From positions 105,167 to 169,166 of the forward strand of contig JBMNHG010000006.1 in NCBI GenBank assembly GCA_050950285.1: DNA of 64,000 nt, in the 5' to 3' direction. The DNA is from Kiritimatiellia bacterium. Lineage in GTDB: Bacteria; Verrucomicrobiota; Kiritimatiellia; RFP12; JBMNHG01. Every line of letters begins with the position of its first letter. The stretch's first letter is position 1. The notes beneath the pieces were generated by a model. It had not been told where the DNA came from and made no database searches. It saw only the letters and a program-made list of their open reading frames with translations. Shown here piece after piece: positions 61,419 through 64,000 of this stretch. A program made the translations under genes and the position numbers.

Positions 61419-63129
61419 CGACGGCCGCGAATGGGTCTATTGCTGGATCCCCGCGAACCGGCACGGGATCATCCGGCGCGTCCCGCTCGACGGCGGCGGC
61501 GTGGCCGACGCCCGCAAGGGCGAACTCGTCTGGGACCGTTCGCCCGCGGACAAGCACAACTTCGATCTCTCCCGCGACGGCACCCGCGCCGCCGGCCTCC
61601 TCCCCTGGCCCGACGCCCACGTCGCGGAACTGCCCAACCAGGGCTCGCAGCGCTTCGGCGGCGGGTGCTGCACGTCGATGGCCCCGGACGACAGCTACTA
61701 CGCCTGGGTCTTCGACGGCTCCCACCGGGGCGTGAACCTGCGCGGCCCCGGCGGAATCTCGCGCCATGTGGACATCCATGGCGCGCCCGGGGTCGACGGA
61801 TGGGAGGTCTACCACCCGCGCTGGTCGAACCACCCGCGCTTCATCGGAATGACCGGCCCCTACAAGAAGGGGTCGATGGGCGGCAACAACATCCGCGCCG
61901 GCGGAAAGGGCGTGGAGGTGTACGTCGGCCGCTTCGATCCCGACTACACGCGCATCGAGGCCTGGGCGCGCGTCACCAACGACGCCGAGGCGGACTTCAT
62001 CCCCGCCGTCTGGATCGAAGGCGGCGAGACGGTCTCGGTGATGGACACGGTGGGCGAGGCCGACCGCAAACTCCGCGAAACGGCCTTCCGGCCCGCCGCC
62101 GACAGGGAGGGCGCCTGGCCCGGAAGCCATGACGGCCTCGTCTACCTCTGGGAAGGCTGGAACCGCCCCAACCGCATCCGCGACGAAGGGGCGGGCGTCG
62201 ACCGCTCCTGCCGCGCCACGCTGCGCGGGAAGGCGGTTCCGGCGGAGGGCGGCGCGGTCGATCTCGCGGGCGGCGCCCTCGTGGCGCAGGCCATCGCGGA
62301 CGAACTGCTCGCGGCATGCCGCGCCTCGTCCCAGCTGGCGCTGGAGGCCGTCTTCACCCCCGACACGCTGGACCAGCGCGGCCCCGCGCGCATCGTCTCC
62401 TTCTCGTCGGGAAGCGCCTCGAGGAACTTCACCCTGGGGCAGGAGGGGGATCGCCTGATCCTCCGCCTCCGCACCCCGAGCACCGGCGACAACGGCGTCG
62501 ACCCCGAGACCACCCTGTGCACCCTCGAGGCCGGCCGCACGGTGCACCTGCTGGCGAGCTACGCGCCGGGCGACCTGCGCGTCTTCGCCGACGGGAAGCC
62601 CATCCTCCGCTCGGATGCCGTGCAAGGGGACTTCTCCAACTGGTCGGAGCAGACGCTGCTTTTCGGCGACGAAGTGGCCGATCCCCGCGACTGGTCGGGC
62701 CGCCTGCACGCCGTGGCGCTGTACGCGCGGTCGATCGGGGCCGAAGAGGCCGCCCTCAAGCACGGCCAGTGGACCGCGCGCGAAGCCGCGCGGCCGACGC
62801 GGCGGACGGTCAAGGTCGAGGCGCGCCTGGCGACGCTCCCTCCCGCGCCGTCGCCCGAGGAGATGGGCGCCTACCGCCGTGCGCTGAACCTCTGCGAATA
62901 CGACGTGATCCGCGTGCTGGAGGGCGAGTGCGACGAACCGCGCATCGCCGTGGCCCACTGGGCGCTCCTCGACAACCAGCCCGTGGAGTCCTACGGGAAA
63001 CGCACGGTCGGCGGCGCCTTCGAGCTCGAGATCGTCCCTCTCGAGGAATGCCCCGAACTCGAAGGCGAACGGCGATTCGACGACCTGTCCGATCCGACCC
63101 TGCCGCTCTTCTACGACGACACCCGGTAG
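61387..63129 (+). CDS. C-terminal part of the same lipoprotein: beta-propeller-like region plus a LamG/concanavalin-like domain
   Basis: ADGREWVYCWIP... continues the upstream fragment. The LamG-like block reads RIVSFSSGSASRNFTLGQEGDRLILRLRT...LLFGDEVADPRDWSGRLHAVALYARSIGAEEA. Confidence 0.65.
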   Translation: MSRSSSGPTPADGREWVYCWIPANRHGIIRRVPLDGGGVADARKGELVWDRSPADKHNFDLSRDGTRAAGLLPWPDAHVAELPNQGSQRFGGGCCTSMAPDDSYYAWVFDGSHRGVNLRGPGGISRHVDIHGAPGVDGWEVYHPRWSNHPRFIGMTGPYKKGSMGGNNIRAGGKGVEVYVGRFDPDYTRIEAWARVTNDAEADFIPAVWIEGGETVSVMDTVGEADRKLRETAFRPAADREGAWPGSHDGLVYLWEGWNRPNRIRDEGAGVDRSCRATLRGKAVPAEGGAVDLAGGALVAQAIADELLAACRASSQLALEAVFTPDTLDQRGPARIVSFSSGSASRNFTLGQEGDRLILRLRTPSTGDNGVDPETTLCTLEAGRTVHLLASYAPGDLRVFADGKPILRSDAVQGDFSNWSEQTLLFGDEVADPRDWSGRLHAVALYARSIGAEEAALKHGQWTAREAARPTRRTVKVEARLATLPPAPSPEEMGAYRRALNLCEYDVIRVLEGECDEPRIAVAHWALLDNQPVESYGKRTVGGAFELEIVPLEECPELEGERRFDDLSDPTLPLFYDDTR

Positions 63130-63141
63130 CCGTGCGTACGG

Positions 63142-64000
63142 CTACGGCATGACGAGGCCGGCTCCCACCTTGAAGAAGCGGCGGGGCACTTCCGGGTCGC
63201 GGGGCGTCGTGAAGGCGAGGGGGCCGGGCTTCGTCGCGTAGATGCGCGCGGCTTCCATCCAGGGGCCGACGAGGTCGTCCGCGGCGTAGAGCGTGTACCA
63301 GACGCCGCCCTGGGCGTTGGCGATCGTGATGGCGAGTGCCGCGTCGCCGACGACGAGCGCCGTGCCGTCCGCGGCGAAGTCCGGCCTTTCGGGATAGCCG
63401 GGCGCGTCGAGGTAGTACGTGGCGCCGACCTCCGGGGCGCCCTGGAAGGTGCCGCCCGTGCCGGCGAACATGCCGGTGTTCCAGCCTGTTGCGGGCGTCG
63501 CGCAGGCGGGGATGGCCCACCGCGTTCCGGGGCCCGCGGCGTTCAGTTCGATGCCGGTGCAGCCCTGGAACATGGAGTTGTAGCAGGAGGGGGCCAGCGT
63601 CGTGGCGGGCAGCGCCGGCAGCCTCGCCAGCCCCGTGCAGCCGGAGAACATGGACTGGTAGCAGTTGTCGGCCAGATTCGTGGCGGGCAGCGCCGGCACC
63701 TCGGCCAGTCCCGTGCAGCCGGAGAACATGGACTGGTAGCAGCGGTCGGCCACCGCCGTGGCGGGCAGCGCCGGCGCCTCCGTCAGCCCCGTGCAGCCGG
63801 AGAACATGGACTGGTAGCAGCCCGCCGCCAGATTCGTGGCGGGCAGCGCCGGCGCGACGGCGAGCGCCGCGCAGTCCTGGAACAGGTTGGCGAAGCAGTC
63901 GGCGGCCATCGCCGGATGCCCGCCCCCGGACACCTCCACGTGGTCGAGGAGGGTTCCGATGTCGCCGGAGCAGGCGACCATCCCGCCATCGGCGTCGATC
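63142..64000 (-). CDS. BspA-type leucine-rich-repeat surface protein, C-terminal part. The frame stays open to the window end.
   Basis: Four 26-aa repeats PALPATNLAxxCYQSMFSGCTGLxEx. The upstream frame reads ..IDADGGMVACSG.. without a stop at position 64000. Confidence 0.65.
   Translation of the reverse strand, partial: IDADGGMVACSGDIGTLLDHVEVSGGGHPAMAADCFANLFQDCAALAVAPALPATNLAAGCYQSMFSGCTGLTEAPALPATAVADRCYQSMFSGCTGLAEVPALPATNLADNCYQSMFSGCTGLARLPALPATTLAPSCYNSMFQGCTGIELNAAGPGTRWAIPACATPATGWNTGMFAGTGGTFQGAPEVGATYYLDAPGYPERPDFAADGTALVVGDAALAITIANAQGGVWYTLYAADDLVGPWMEAARIYATKPGPLAFTTPRDPEVPRRFFKVGAGLVMP
63541..63852 (-). repeat. Four tandem 78-bp coding repeats (BspA-type LRR units)
   Basis: gtgcagccggagaacatggactggtagcag recurs at 63635, 63713 and 63791, giving a period of 78 bp. 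Confidence 0.85.

Noticed and set aside
63541-63852. 78-bp tandem repeats considered as a non-coding satellite or phase-variable tract
   Set aside because: They are in-frame 26-aa BspA-type leucine-rich repeat units of a surface protein, with diverged third positions. This is ordinary repeat-protein architecture.

Overview
A 64 kb, very GC-rich bacterial chromosomal window. Gene content is PVC-like (Verrucomicrobiota / Kiritimatiellota / Lentisphaerota style): many glycoside hydrolases and glycosyltransferases, prepilin-type pseudopilins, and beta-helix/PKD and BspA-type surface proteins. That taxonomic guess is inference only. About 50 CDS are supported. I saw no rRNA, tRNA, CRISPR array, transposase or integrase. 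Most long ORFs in the six-frame track are GC-driven antisense or out-of-frame artefacts. I chose real genes and start codons by protein-like sequence, signal peptides, RBS and 4-nt overlaps.

The housekeeping blocks are as follows:
- 0-2.7 kb: a sugar-utilisation operon (GH127, PfkB kinase, Gfo/Idh/MocA).
- 2.9-6.4 kb: a 3.5 kb beta-helix/PKD surface protein gene interrupted by a frameshift.
- 6.8-13.6 kb: dgkA, htpG, a split MetH-like pair, and a TrmB with an unusual N-terminal extension.
- 15.3-17.3 kb: glycosyltransferases.
- 17.3-25.5 kb: a Zn-ribbon/GspG-like protein, rdgC, two GYF_2 coiled-coil proteins, gmhA and rsmB.
- 25.5-27.1 kb: two pseudopilins.
- 44.3-63.1 kb: a block of carbohydrate and envelope genes.

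The accessory region at about 28.2-44.2 kb is the most interesting part. It holds a 2102-aa RHS polymorphic toxin that carries a Sec signal peptide and is translationally coupled to an upstream thrombospondin-type-3-repeat protein. Downstream lies a roughly 9 kb array containing:
- an immunity gene;
- three orphan RHS fragments, each with its own start codon and signal peptide;
- an alternative ParB-fold toxin tip;
- a start-less relic of the main toxin tip with an intact immunity paralog;
- a free-standing toxin-like ORF with two small partner genes;
- a decayed edge (DUF4143 ATPase stub, AbiEi plus a truncated AbiEii).

Within this locus I also noticed short triple-tandem repeat elements. 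They are otherwise intergenic, but here they sit in frame inside the RHS genes exactly where the copies diverge. I cannot run searches, so all family names come from motif recognition.
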